DNA of 64,000 nt from assembly GCA_027451365.1 (NCBI GenBank), contig DAIDJN010000056.1, positions 64,001 through 128,000 of the forward strand, written 5' to 3'. The stretch comes from Phycisphaerales bacterium. Lineage in GTDB: Bacteria; Planctomycetota; Phycisphaerae; WQYP01. The position numbers were made by a program, and so were the translations under genes. The notes below the pieces were generated by a model, which saw only the letters and a list, made by a program, of their open reading frames with translations, ran no database searches and was not told the origin of the DNA. Of the stretch, positions 47,996-57,800 are shown in pieces (position 1 is the first letter of the stretch; every line of letters begins with the position of its first letter).

Positions 47996-49015
47996 ATGGC
48001 TTCTGTTCGTGAAATAGCCAAACAGCTCGGTGTCTCCGCGGCCACCGTGTCCCGTGCCATGAACAATCATCCGTTGGTGGCCGAAGATGTGCGGCAACGC
48101 GTCATTGTGGCCATGAATCGCAGTCGCTATGTGCCCACGGTCGGTCGGCGCGAAACTATGAACATCGCTTTTGCGTATACTGGTGTTGCCTCCATCGGCA
48201 GCCCGTTCGACGCCGCCCTGATGCAAGGCATGAGCGACCGCATGGAACAGTGCGGATTCGACCTGATGGTTCTTGACCTCCGCCGCGCCATGTTGCCCCG
48301 GGAAAACTATACCCAGATGTTTCTTCGGAAGGGCATTCGTGCAGCGGTTTTGCGTACCACGGCGGACACTATGGATATCTGTCGGCAGATTGCCGCGGAG
48401 CGCTTTCCGGCAATGGTGGTGGGGTATCATTTTGACGAACCGGAAGTGAATTACATTTACAGCAACTCTTATGCCGGCAGTTGCGAAGCGATGAGCCACC
48501 TGGTGGACCTTGGCCATACGCGTATCGCCATTTCCCTGCACGTGGTAGACGATTCCGACCACACCGATCGTCTGAACGCATGGAAATATGTCATGAAGCA
48601 GAATAAGCTCACGATGCCGGATAAATTCATCATTCGCGCCCCGGCCAGCCTGGAGGGCGGTGCCCAGTTAATTCGCCGCATTGCCGGCATGGTTCCACGG
48701 CCCACCGCTGTATATATTGCCGACCCGCTGGTGGCGGTGGGGGCAATGGCCGAGGCTCGCCAGATGGGCTGGGAAATTCCGCGCGATCTGTCCATCGTTG
48801 GATTTGACGACAGTGAACTGCGTTATATGGTCTATCCCAAACTGACCGCGGTCTGTCAGGATGCTCGCGCCGTCGGGCAGGAAGCCTTTGAATTAATTAA
48901 TCGACTGCTGGGCGTCAGCGGAGATCAGGCGACCGAAACCGTGTTTCGCCGCACTTTGGCGACCCATTTTGAAGTAAACGGTTCTACGGCTGCACCGGGG
49001 AAATCGTCTTTGTAA
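47996..49015 (+). CDS. LacI family transcriptional regulator
   Basis: SVREIAKQLGVSAATVSRAMN, HLVDLGHTRIA, IPRDLSIVGFDD, PKLTAV. Confidence 0.95.
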   Translation: MASVREIAKQLGVSAATVSRAMNNHPLVAEDVRQRVIVAMNRSRYVPTVGRRETMNIAFAYTGVASIGSPFDAALMQGMSDRMEQCGFDLMVLDLRRAMLPRENYTQMFLRKGIRAAVLRTTADTMDICRQIAAERFPAMVVGYHFDEPEVNYIYSNSYAGSCEAMSHLVDLGHTRIAISLHVVDDSDHTDRLNAWKYVMKQNKLTMPDKFIIRAPASLEGGAQLIRRIAGMVPRPTAVYIADPLVAVGAMAEARQMGWEIPRDLSIVGFDDSELRYMVYPKLTAVCQDARAVGQEAFELINRLLGVSGDQATETVFRRTLATHFEVNGSTAAPGKSSL

Positions 49016-49087
49016 ATAAGCGTATATGTGCAACGTACCTGTGTCGGGTGCGTGGCAATTCTATAGGTTGGTCTATCGTCGAAGGAG

Positions 49088-49822
49088 ATGCAGATGACTG
49101 AGAAATTTGGAAATAACGCAAAACAGGCAATTCATGGAGGATTGGGTTTGTCGCTGGCTGTCGCGGCAGTGCTGGCGATCGGTGCCGGTGCGGGCGCGGC
49201 GAAGGCGGGCACGATAACTTACGGCCTGCAGTTCGCACCCAGCGGTGATGGAACATTCGAAAGCTGGTCAACTTACGGTTCCAACATAACCGGCGTGGAG
49301 GCCAACAATCCGCCCACGTTCAATTCGTCGGATAACGGAGTGACCTTCACACTCGGAACAGCTACCCTTAAATTTACGGGCGGCCAAAATTACAGCACCG
49401 GTTCGGCATTGAACCAGTCATTTTACTATATGACGTCCAGTACTTCAGTACTTGCTGCCGATTTTACAGGCTTGAATGCCGGGGACACAATTGATTTTCA
49501 ATTTCTTGAGAGCTTGCAGCCTTTTTCGCCAACTGTCAAGGTAGTCGGCTCCACTTCCGGGTCATTGTCTAAATCCATCGCGTCGAGCCCGCATGGAAGC
49601 GCTTTTGTTGATTTAGGCTCCTTAACAGGCAACAACAGCTATACGATTACATCGTCGCTTAACCCCGGTGGCGGGGAGGGTGACGTTTCTGCTGCCCTTA
49701 TCACCATTACAAGCGGATCGATTTCCGCCGTGCCGCAACCCGCTTCCATGGGCCTGCTTGGGCTTGGTGGCTTGGGATGTATCGCCCTGGGCTTGATTGC
49801 CCGGCGGCGGATGAGACTTTGA
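49088..49822 (+). CDS. PEP-CTERM-type sorted surface protein (VPQP variant)
   Basis: AAGGAG RBS, signal peptide, Ser/Gly/Thr-rich body, and C-terminal VPQPASMGLLGLGGLG + TM + RRRMR. Confidence 0.88.
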   Translation: MQMTEKFGNNAKQAIHGGLGLSLAVAAVLAIGAGAGAAKAGTITYGLQFAPSGDGTFESWSTYGSNITGVEANNPPTFNSSDNGVTFTLGTATLKFTGGQNYSTGSALNQSFYYMTSSTSVLAADFTGLNAGDTIDFQFLESLQPFSPTVKVVGSTSGSLSKSIASSPHGSAFVDLGSLTGNNSYTITSSLNPGGGEGDVSAALITITSGSISAVPQPASMGLLGLGGLGCIALGLIARRRMRL

Positions 49823-50029
49823 ACGAATTGCTGAAACGAGCGGCGCCAGTAAGCGGCCGTCTCTTTCCCGGGTGAGGGAGAAGTATGGATGCGTACCCGC
49901 CCACATTACCGCGCTTTCCCAATCACCATGGGTGAAGCCGGGATAACCTGTTGAAAACGGGTGCGGCGGTGTTCGCCGCACTTTATCCGCCATTTGTTCC
50001 GGCGGATCATTGTAAATCAGGAGATATAT

Positions 50030-50731
50030 ATGAATTTCCATGCTTCTATTCGTGTGGCAGCCGTTCCGATGATCGGATTGGCGGCGATTTTCGCTCTGGC
50101 CGGGACCGCGACGGCCACGCCGGTGACTTACGGCCTGCAGTTCGCACCGACCAATTACACGGCCTACACAGGTTGGGCGTCCGGTGTGACGGTGGCGCCG
50201 TTTACGCCGCCGCCATTCAACGGCGTGGCGACCACGACCTATGCACTCGGATCGGCTTCCTTTGCCATCACTGGCAACAACTATAACATTCAGAATGGCA
50301 TAACGGGCGGTACGCCAACCACTGATATTTCCTGGTTGAACCGCGCCTTCTTTTTTGGCAATGGGGGCACCCCTTTAACCGCCACACTTTCCGGCCTTTC
50401 CGCCGGTGATACGGTGGATATGCAGTTCATTGAAAGCTTTCAGACGGGCAATGAACCGCAGGTGGCCATTTCGCCCGCATCCGGAAACACCCAGCCAACG
50501 GCCATTGCGACCGATACCAGCTTCACGGATGCAGGCACTTATACCGGCGCGACAAGCTACAATCTGACTTTTACCAATGCCGCTGGCGGTGCTGGCGAAT
50601 TCGATCTTTCCGGCGCGCTGATCACCATTACGCCCGCGGCAGCGCCCGAACCGGCTTCGCTGGGATTGTTCGCATTGGCGGCAACGGGCCTGCTGTTGCT
50701 GAAACGTCGGCAGACCGGCTCCGCAAGGTAA
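50030..50731 (+). CDS. PEP-CTERM sorted surface protein, paralog of the preceding gene
   Basis: AGGAG RBS, signal peptide, C-terminal APEPASLGLFALAATGLLLLKRR. Confidence 0.9.
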   Translation: MNFHASIRVAAVPMIGLAAIFALAGTATATPVTYGLQFAPTNYTAYTGWASGVTVAPFTPPPFNGVATTTYALGSASFAITGNNYNIQNGITGGTPTTDISWLNRAFFFGNGGTPLTATLSGLSAGDTVDMQFIESFQTGNEPQVAISPASGNTQPTAIATDTSFTDAGTYTGATSYNLTFTNAAGGAGEFDLSGALITITPAAAPEPASLGLFALAATGLLLLKRRQTGSAR

Positions 50732-50812
50732 GGGTGCCGGTGCGCCGTGGCGGAAACCAGACTGAATCGGAAATAAAAGGCGGTCGGGGCGGAACGTCCC
50801 AAGGAGTCTGTC

Positions 50813-51577
50813 ATGCGGAAGCAAGCCTTTACTCTTGTGGAACTGCTTGTGGTGATTTCCATCATTGCGATCCTGATTTCGCTGCTGCTGCCGGCGCTTA
50901 GCCGGGCGCGCATGGCGGCGGACAGTATCGCCTGTGAATCCAATCTGCGGCAGATACAGGTCGGCGTGATGGAGTACGCCAATGCCTTTTCCGGACATTT
51001 GCCGTCAACGTTTTTTGGTCCGCAGGGCTGGCAAGACGCTGTCTTCGCCTATTTGTATAACAAAGGGACGCTGGTGCCGCGCAACAGTTTGTCGCCCACG
51101 CTGGAATCGCAGTTTGAACAGGCCTTCTGGTGTCCATCAAGAAATGTCAATATGACAAATCCATGGGGACTCAATTATGCGGCCAATCTGGTGGTGTTCC
51201 CGGTGCCCGGCACGGTTGGCCCGGCGCGCGGCCTTCTGCCACTGGTTAATGATCCATCCGAGGTGATCGCGGTCGGAGATGCCAATCAGGCGTTTCCGGA
51301 TGGCGGCGCCTGGTACACGTTTGACTGGGCGGTGTGGAACAATCCGGCAGTTTATGCGCCCACAACCAATGTCCCGATCGGGGGATATTACGGAACCGGT
51401 AATACCGATACATTCAACGGCAACACGATCGGTTCCACTGGCCTTCGATACCGCCATTTTTCAACCGGCGTAAACAATGGTTTTGCCAATGTGGTCTTTT
51501 TTGATGGCCACGTGCAGTCGATTGCGGCATCGGGGAATTCCACAGGGCTTTTTGTTTATAACATTGTTCCAAACTAG
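50813..51577 (+). CDS. Prepilin-type cleavage/methylation protein (DUF1559 / H-X9-DG type)
   Basis: A|FTLVELLVVISIIAILISLLLPALSRAR, C.SNLRQI, FWCPS, RYRH...ANVVFFDGHV. Confidence 0.93.
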   Translation: MRKQAFTLVELLVVISIIAILISLLLPALSRARMAADSIACESNLRQIQVGVMEYANAFSGHLPSTFFGPQGWQDAVFAYLYNKGTLVPRNSLSPTLESQFEQAFWCPSRNVNMTNPWGLNYAANLVVFPVPGTVGPARGLLPLVNDPSEVIAVGDANQAFPDGGAWYTFDWAVWNNPAVYAPTTNVPIGGYYGTGNTDTFNGNTIGSTGLRYRHFSTGVNNGFANVVFFDGHVQSIAASGNSTGLFVYNIVPN

Positions 51578-51661
51578 CCGATTTTCATTGTGGCACAGGT
51601 ACCCTTTTGGCCCGGCTGTGTTCGCCGGTGATTGACAGGAACTATTTTTCTGAGGTTTTTA

Positions 51662-53458
51662 ATGTTGAATCTGAAATGTGTCCTCCGGACGGTGTCTGGT
51701 CTCTTCCTGGCTGGTCTGCTGGCGGCGCCGGTTGCCGCGGCGCCGGTCAAGGTGCAACTGGTAAAATCGGGCAATGGCTTTGAACTGTTGCGCGGCGGTA
51801 AGCCCTATTTTGTGAAGGGTGCCGGCGGCGGCTTTTCTTTGGCCGCACTTCACGCCGCTGGTGGCAATTCCGGACGCACCTGGGGTGCAGATGGCATTCA
51901 GAACCAGCTTGATACGGCCGCGAAACTCCACATGACCATGCTGGTCGGCTTCTGGCTGGGACATCCGGGAGATGGTTTTAACTATCACAATGCCGTTGCA
52001 GTGCGGGCGCAATATGAACAATGCAAAAAATATGTGCTGGAATACCGCAACGATCCCGCCGTGCTGGCCTGGGGCATTGGCAACGAAATGGAAAATGGTT
52101 ATGACCATAAAATTCTTTGGAAGGCTGTGGAACAAATTGCCAAAATGTGTCATCGCCTGGATCCCAACCATCCCACAGTGACGGTGGTGGCGGAAATTGG
52201 CGGCCACAAAGTTCAGAAAATAAATAAATATTGCCCCGATATTGATATAATCGGAATTAACAGTTATGGCGGGGGGGCTTCGCTTTACCAGCGCTATCTG
52301 AAGGCTGGTGGTGTCAAGCCGTATCTGATTACCGAATTCGGACCTCCGGGAACGTGGGAAATCGGTCGTGATAATATTGGTCTGCCGGTGGAGGAAACCA
52401 GCTCGCAAAAAGCGCTTGCGTACGCGGCGACCTATCAGCACAGCGTGCTGAACACCCACGGGATGTGTTTAGGTTCTTATGCATTTACATGGGGCTGGAA
52501 GGTGGAAGCAACGCCCACCTGGTACGGGTTGATTCTGCCCGATGGCCGACGGCTGGGCGGGGTGGATTACCTCCAGCATTTCTGGACCGGCCACTGGCCT
52601 GCCCACCTGTGTCCGGTCATAAAATCCATCACAATGGATGGCGGCGACAAACTGGCACCCGGCAGTGTGCTGCACGCCCGCGTGGTGGCTGTCCAGCCCG
52701 GAGGCGGCGCACTAAGTTATCATTGGATATTGCGACGCGATATTTCCAATCTGAATATTGCCGGCGGCCTTGGGGGGGCCATGCCGACGGCATATAAAAA
52801 AGCCATCGCGCAAAACGGAGCGGATCATGTCTCCGTTAAGATGCCGCAAAACGGGGGCTATTATCGATTGTTTTGTTATGTATATAACACACACAATGGC
52901 GCAGCGGTGGGTAACCTGCCCCTTCAGGACACCGCCAAACAGCGTCCCATGCGCTCTCCGGTCGCGAAAATCCCCCTGGTTCTGTTGGGCAATGGGGCCA
53001 ATTCACCCTTCGTCCCGGCCGGCTGGATGGGCGATTATTCCGCCATCGGATATGACGGCAATTGCCCGACAGATCCGCATTCGGGAAAATCCTGCGTGAA
53101 GATTTCATTCAAACAATCCAACGGCTGGGGCGGCATCGCCTGGCAGGATCCCGCCAACGACTGGGGTAAAACCTATGGCGGCTTGAATTTGAAGAAGGCT
53201 AAAGCACTAAGCTTCTGGGCGCGGGGGAAAGTCGGCGGTGAATCGGTGACATTCGGCGTGGGATTAATCGGCTCTGACCAGCCATACCATGATACCGTCC
53301 ATGTGTCCCGCAAAGTCACACTTGGCACGCACTGGAAGAAGTATACTATTGATCTGAAAGGTAAAAACTTGTCCCGCGTCATCACCGGCTTTTACTGGAC
53401 CGGTGGGGCCAATGGTGCCCCATTTGCTTTTTATCTTTCGAATATCAAGTATCAGTAA
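51662..53458 (+). CDS. Secreted clan GH-A (GH2 TIM-barrel-like) glycoside hydrolase with C-terminal carbohydrate-binding module
   Basis: GGNSGRTWG, WGIGNE (acid/base), GINSYG, ITEFGP (nucleophile); C-terminal PAGWMGD...WGGIAWQDPANDWG...LSFWARG. Confidence 0.85.
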   Translation: MLNLKCVLRTVSGLFLAGLLAAPVAAAPVKVQLVKSGNGFELLRGGKPYFVKGAGGGFSLAALHAAGGNSGRTWGADGIQNQLDTAAKLHMTMLVGFWLGHPGDGFNYHNAVAVRAQYEQCKKYVLEYRNDPAVLAWGIGNEMENGYDHKILWKAVEQIAKMCHRLDPNHPTVTVVAEIGGHKVQKINKYCPDIDIIGINSYGGGASLYQRYLKAGGVKPYLITEFGPPGTWEIGRDNIGLPVEETSSQKALAYAATYQHSVLNTHGMCLGSYAFTWGWKVEATPTWYGLILPDGRRLGGVDYLQHFWTGHWPAHLCPVIKSITMDGGDKLAPGSVLHARVVAVQPGGGALSYHWILRRDISNLNIAGGLGGAMPTAYKKAIAQNGADHVSVKMPQNGGYYRLFCYVYNTHNGAAVGNLPLQDTAKQRPMRSPVAKIPLVLLGNGANSPFVPAGWMGDYSAIGYDGNCPTDPHSGKSCVKISFKQSNGWGGIAWQDPANDWGKTYGGLNLKKAKALSFWARGKVGGESVTFGVGLIGSDQPYHDTVHVSRKVTLGTHWKKYTIDLKGKNLSRVITGFYWTGGANGAPFAFYLSNIKYQ

Positions 53459-53528
53459 GGCCGCGGATTATGCCGCATCGGTACGTCGAATGTCCGGATC
53501 GTGAACTGGCTTGTATAAGGACGCAATC

Positions 53529-54161
53529 ATGTTGAGAACTATTTCCAATCAAATTTGTGGCGGTCTTTGGCTGCTGATTCTGCTGGTGGCAATCGTTTGT
53601 GCGATGGGCAACCATCGGGTTGCCATCGCGGCCGATGCCACGCCGTCAGGTGCTGCCAAAGCCGCATTGCCACTGGTGATTTACAGCGACGGCAACGGGA
53701 ATTCGGGCTACATACCCAGCGGCTGGATGGGCGATACCGGTAACATTCATTACAAGGGGCATTGCACCACCGCCAACCCACCCAAGGGAACCAACTGTAT
53801 CCGCATTAAATATGCCTCCGGCACCGGCTGGGGCGGCATTGTATGGCAAAATCCGGCCAACAACTGGGGCGATGCCCAGGGCGGCTTCGACCTGACCGGT
53901 GCCAAAACGCTTTCCTTCTGGGCAAAAGCCAAACATGCGGGCCTGAAGGTGACTTTCGGTTTTGGTGTTATCGGTGCCGGGAAAACCTACAGCGACTCTT
54001 CGAAGGGGTCCAGAAAAATCACCCTGACAACAAAATGGAAAAAATACACTATCCGGCTTAAGGGAAAAGATCTGACCCGCATCGTTACCGGATTTTTCTT
54101 TTCAGCCGGTGCCCCAGGCAAGCCCTTTACGTTTTATCTGGACAATATTGAATACAAATAA
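53529..54161 (+). CDS. Stand-alone secreted carbohydrate-binding module (CBM11-like/galactose-binding fold)
   Basis: PSGWMGD...WGGIVWQNPANNWG...LSFWAKA...WKKYTI, colinear with the C-terminal domain of the upstream hydrolase. Confidence 0.8.
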   Translation: MLRTISNQICGGLWLLILLVAIVCAMGNHRVAIAADATPSGAAKAALPLVIYSDGNGNSGYIPSGWMGDTGNIHYKGHCTTANPPKGTNCIRIKYASGTGWGGIVWQNPANNWGDAQGGFDLTGAKTLSFWAKAKHAGLKVTFGFGVIGAGKTYSDSSKGSRKITLTTKWKKYTIRLKGKDLTRIVTGFFFSAGAPGKPFTFYLDNIEYK

Positions 54162-54280
54162 CCGGCGAATTTCCAGCGCATGGTATGCATCATTTCCCCA
54201 CGGAAAAGGCCGTCGGGGTGAACTTCCCGTTTAAGAGGATGCCGCGGGAAAAAGAGCCTTCCGAAGCGACAGGAGTCCGT

Positions 54281-55888
54281 ATGCGTCAATATCTGCGAAA
54301 TCTGATGGTGTCGGCGGGGGCGATGGCCCTGGGGCTGATTCTGACGGCGGGGAATTCCACCGCGGCGCACATCGCGCATGGTAAACTGCTTTTTAAATTG
54401 AATTTCACTGGGCCGATTGGCTCTCTTCCATCGCAAAAGATATGGAAATATGACACGGGCTGGGACCCCAATTGCGGCACGTATTACATAGACTCGGCTA
54501 AAACCATGGGAGTGGTGGCTGACTCGCACGCCCAGAGCGGCAAGGCTCTGGCGATTCGCGTGGTGCCTTATCCCGGCAAGCCGGGCGCATTCCTTTCGGC
54601 GCGCATTACCACGTTTGCCAATCCTGCGTATCATGTCAAATATGGATATATAGAGGCACGTATAAAGGTTCCTGGCGGACCTGATGGTGCCGGTTCAGGA
54701 TCGTGGCCGGCATTCTGGCTTCTGGGGACGAATTTTCCAAAAGTCGGCTGGCCCCAGTGCGGCGAGATTGACACCATGGAAAGCGCCGGCAATCGGCCCG
54801 GCACCGTTACCGGCACCATACACGGTCCGGGCACAGGTGCTGGCGGCCCTTATTCCCTGCCCGCGGGAAAGGAATTCTGGCAGCATTACCATACATTCGC
54901 CGTTCAGTGGAGTCCGCTGGAAATTGAGTTCCTTTGCGATGGTCATGTGTATGCCCTTTTTACCCCGGCGGACCAGAACAAGAATAGCTGGGTGTTTGAC
55001 CATCCATTTTATATTATTCTCAATGTGGCCGAGGGCGGGGCGTATGGCGGCGCTCCCAATGGAAATGCCATTTATCCGCAGACCATGCTCGTGGACTGGA
55101 TTAAGGCCTATGCGTGGAAACTTGCTGTTCCCACCGCTGTTCACGCACGCGCGATTGGCAATGGTGGCGTTCATGTGTCGTGGATGGATACGGCCTTTGA
55201 TGAAAGCGGTTTTGTTCTGCAGCGATCGACATCGCGCGATTTTAGCGAGGGTGTTCATACTCGGAAGCTTTCCGCATTGGCGGCCGGTTATACCGATTCG
55301 GCGCTGCCAGCAGATCAGAAGTGTTACTATCGAATAGCCGCAGTGGAAGGAAAGACACGGTCCGCATGGTCCGCAGTCGCGGCCGTCAATCCAGTTGCGG
55401 GAACTCCGTCAGCGGGCGGTCAGGTTTCCGATCATCCGGTTCTGGCTATTAATTGCGGCGGCCCGGCGGGAGATGGATTTATAGCGGATCGTTATCACTC
55501 AAAATCGGCGCACGACGCGCCCGATAACCATCCGATTGCGCTGGCGCATGGCCTGCCAGCCATTCCGCAAAGCGTGTATCAATCCAATCGGTACGGTGGC
55601 TTTACGTACAGACTGCCCCACTTAAAGCCGCACGGCCATTATGTTCTGGAACTGAATTTTTCGGAAGGCTATTGGCGGGCACCACGTAAGCGGCTTTTTG
55701 CGGTATTCGCCAATGGCGTCCCGATTTTAAATGACTTTGACATTTATGCCGCCGCCGGCGGACGGTTCAAGGCGGTGAATCGCAGGTTTCATCTGCGAGC
55801 CAATGCGCAGGGGCAGATTGATTTGCGGTTTGTATCGCAGCGCGACAATGCCCAAGTCAATGGCATTGAAGTGTATGCGGTTAAATAG
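54281..55888 (+). CDS. GH16 glycoside hydrolase (laminarinase-like) with Fn3 and malectin domains
   Basis: WPAFWLLG, WPQCGEIDTME (ExDxxE), FDHPFYIILNVA; Fn3 WMD...ESGF; malectin AINCGG...FSE...RLF...NGIEV. AGGAG RBS. Confidence 0.92.
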   Translation: MRQYLRNLMVSAGAMALGLILTAGNSTAAHIAHGKLLFKLNFTGPIGSLPSQKIWKYDTGWDPNCGTYYIDSAKTMGVVADSHAQSGKALAIRVVPYPGKPGAFLSARITTFANPAYHVKYGYIEARIKVPGGPDGAGSGSWPAFWLLGTNFPKVGWPQCGEIDTMESAGNRPGTVTGTIHGPGTGAGGPYSLPAGKEFWQHYHTFAVQWSPLEIEFLCDGHVYALFTPADQNKNSWVFDHPFYIILNVAEGGAYGGAPNGNAIYPQTMLVDWIKAYAWKLAVPTAVHARAIGNGGVHVSWMDTAFDESGFVLQRSTSRDFSEGVHTRKLSALAAGYTDSALPADQKCYYRIAAVEGKTRSAWSAVAAVNPVAGTPSAGGQVSDHPVLAINCGGPAGDGFIADRYHSKSAHDAPDNHPIALAHGLPAIPQSVYQSNRYGGFTYRLPHLKPHGHYVLELNFSEGYWRAPRKRLFAVFANGVPILNDFDIYAAAGGRFKAVNRRFHLRANAQGQIDLRFVSQRDNAQVNGIEVYAVK

Positions 55889-56137
55889 GGCGGATTGCCA
55901 GCTTCCTTCAGGTGCTATCCGACCACTCGCCAAAGACCCCCTGAGCGTTGTATGGAATGTCGGCGCGGTCATTGTCGCGGCAAAGCAATCGGCTTTTGGG
56001 AAAGCTTGCCCGCCGGAATTCCTTCCATTTAATCAATTTGTGCGCTATGTTTTTCATTTCCGATCAAAACCGGCGCACCCTTGAATCTTGTGAATTTATT
56101 ATGCGGTTGACGCCTGATAACGGGCGCGTTACACCTT

Positions 56138-57364
56138 TTGTTTATGGAAAATATACATGAAAAGCTGGCGGTCTGGCGAACCGGGCGGCATCTGCCCGGT
56201 CGCTGGAGCGGGATTGGCATTGCGGTCGTTTTGGTTCTTTTAATCGGTTGTCCGCGGCGCGGCGGAGCGGCTGTTCCCCAGAAAATCGCTGTGATACCAG
56301 CCGCAAAGACTGTGGCCAATATATCCGCCAGACGGGCCGAGTGGTGGAAAATCTGGCACGAAAAGATGATGATCGATTATGAATTGCAGCGGCGCTTGGG
56401 GCCGGGGCAGCGGGCGCTGTTGTCCGCGGCATCCAGGCGGCGGGTGGCCGCCAAGGTCATTCCCATGACCTGGCGAGCTTACAAACTGAATCTTCAATTA
56501 CTTAAGATCAGTTCTTCCCAACAGCGTCCGTTTGTACACGTTCTTCTACGGGAAGACCTGCTGATATTGAGCGTGCTTGGTGATGCAAAGGCCAAGGCGA
56601 TATTGAACATAAATGCCGCATCGGCCAATCCTGCCAAAGCACAGGACGGGCGCGTGGTGCTTCTAATTTATCAATTGTATCTGGCCTGGCATCATGAAAA
56701 GAAGGTCTTCGCGATTTTGCGGGAATTTGAAAAGCTCGCCCTTGCACATCCAACAAGCGTTGATATCAGCACTACTCTTTCTTCCATTACCAACAGCCCG
56801 CCGCGATTGCCCACGCAGGCTGAAAGGCGATTTGTGCGGCACGTGCTTTTGAATGTGATGCCGAAAACTCTCGCGGCCCGCATGCTGGCGCAAGACAATG
56901 CCTCGCGGCAAAAGCTGCTGGCCATGGTGGGTAAGCCTTTGAATCTGCAAACCCGATCGTTGACGGGTGACCGGTTGAATACCGCCCGCTGGCGCGGCAG
57001 AGTGCTGGTCGTATGCGTCTGGTTTCGCCTGAACCAGCTTGTCGCGATGCAGCCTTTTTACGATAAATTTCATGCCCGCGGATTGTCCATGGTCGGCATT
57101 CCAATGTGGCAGAATTTTGAACAGATCGGGCAGACCATGATGACCCATCCGCATATAACCTGGCTTCAGACGCGCATTATCCATAAGGTCGCAGGTGACG
57201 GACTGCTATTCGGTGCGATTCCATTTGTGAATGTCGGTAATCGTTGGCAGGACTATGAAATAATTTGCGACAGGCGAGGCATCGTACGATTTGTGGTTTT
57301 CCACGGCAGCGGCGGTATGCCTGCGGAGGACATAAAGAAACTGCTGGCGGACAGGCCGCATTGA
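56138..57364 (+). CDS. Exported protein with degenerate TlpA/thioredoxin-like C-terminal domain
   Basis: VGKPLNL...WRGRVLVV...YDKFHARGLSMVGI...DRRGIVR follows the TlpA pattern but has no CxxC. Confidence 0.6.
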   Translation: MFMENIHEKLAVWRTGRHLPGRWSGIGIAVVLVLLIGCPRRGGAAVPQKIAVIPAAKTVANISARRAEWWKIWHEKMMIDYELQRRLGPGQRALLSAASRRRVAAKVIPMTWRAYKLNLQLLKISSSQQRPFVHVLLREDLLILSVLGDAKAKAILNINAASANPAKAQDGRVVLLIYQLYLAWHHEKKVFAILREFEKLALAHPTSVDISTTLSSITNSPPRLPTQAERRFVRHVLLNVMPKTLAARMLAQDNASRQKLLAMVGKPLNLQTRSLTGDRLNTARWRGRVLVVCVWFRLNQLVAMQPFYDKFHARGLSMVGIPMWQNFEQIGQTMMTHPHITWLQTRIIHKVAGDGLLFGAIPFVNVGNRWQDYEIICDRRGIVRFVVFHGSGGMPAEDIKKLLADRPH

Positions 57365-57800
57365 TACGGCATCCCTGACTTTCGGGACCATCTGGACAGG
57401 GTCCGGCATAGCGCAGTCCGATATCACTGCCGCCTTTTGCAATTTTTTAAATAGCGTTGTGGGCCTTGGTGGATTCAACTGATTCCATCACATCCACAGT
57501 AGATTGACTTGGGGCCGAATGTCCCGCGCGTCATGCGCCATGCCGCAACTTGCCAACGTTCAGTATTGTTCCATTTTATACCACGACCGATAAATCCGGC
57601 TTCTTCCTTGGATTTGCCCAGCGGTTGACCGGCTCAGGCGGATAAATTCACGTCCGATTTTGGGCCGACCGATAAACAGGACGGGTGGTATCTCGTTATA
57701 GAGACTGCCTGATACGTATCGCTGGTGCGCCGCCCTGGCGGATTCAGTGTCAAAGCCGAATGAAAGGGGATAATTCGGCTGGCCAAACAGGAGCAGTTGC

